Assembly (NCBI GenBank): GCA_040905765.1
Contig: JBBDQX010000007.1
Coordinates: forward strand, 184 to 64,183
Source: Acetobacterales bacterium
GTDB lineage: Bacteria > Pseudomonadota > Alphaproteobacteria > JBBDQX01
Direction: 5' to 3'
DNA: 64,000 bases
The notes below the pieces were generated by a model, which made no database searches, was not told the DNA's origin, and saw only the letters and a list, made by a program, of their open reading frames with translations. A program made the translations under genes and the position numbers. Below are positions 63,981 through 64,000 of this stretch, piece after piece (position 1 is the stretch's first letter; each line of letters opens with the position of its first letter).

Positions 63981-64000
63981 CAGGCTGCTGAAAAAGTGTC

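Overview
This is a high-GC (about 67-70%) chromosomal window that looks alphaproteobacterial from gene content and synteny (ispH-thrB-rnhA; ctaC-ctaD-ctaB-ctaG-ctaE-DUF983-SURF1-thrC-M16 peptidase). It is almost entirely core metabolism and envelope genes: the glycine cleavage genes gcvT-gcvH-gcvP behind a tandem glycine riboswitch, an aa3-type cytochrome oxidase biogenesis cluster, cysD plus a fused cysNC, ergothioneine egtB-egtD, a SAM-II riboswitch-controlled metZ, argF-argD, folE, trkH, hslO, recX, one tRNA-Gly(CCC), and an acyl-CoA catabolic operon. I saw no transposase, integrase or CRISPR array.

The most unusual feature is a tightly overlapping 7-gene minus-strand operon (26905..32319). 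A complete partner-switching module (GAF-PP2C phosphatase, RsbW-like serine kinase/anti-sigma, RsbV-like STAS antagonist with a DSSG phospho-motif) is translationally coupled to an MlaE-MlaF-MlaD(Mce)-auxiliary lipoprotein ABC lipid-transport system. The STAS gene sits exactly where MlaB would be expected, which suggests a phospho-regulated MlaB analogue.

That operon is preceded by a SmtB-like ArsR metal sensor with an intact alpha-5 DxHx10HxxE site. Across a sharply AT-rich 130-bp divergent control region lies a Tro/Sit/Mnt-type metal ABC importer whose first permease is fused to a full DtxR/MntR-like repressor domain.

Other notable items are an orphan, highly divergent flagellin-like gene beside cysD-cysNC, a 44-codon membrane ORF translationally coupled to ctaG, and a SAM-II riboswitch followed by an intrinsic terminator. 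Many ORF-track starts are over-extended into upstream genes; the corrected starts given here are inferred from homology expectations, SD motifs and ATGA/GTGA overlaps.
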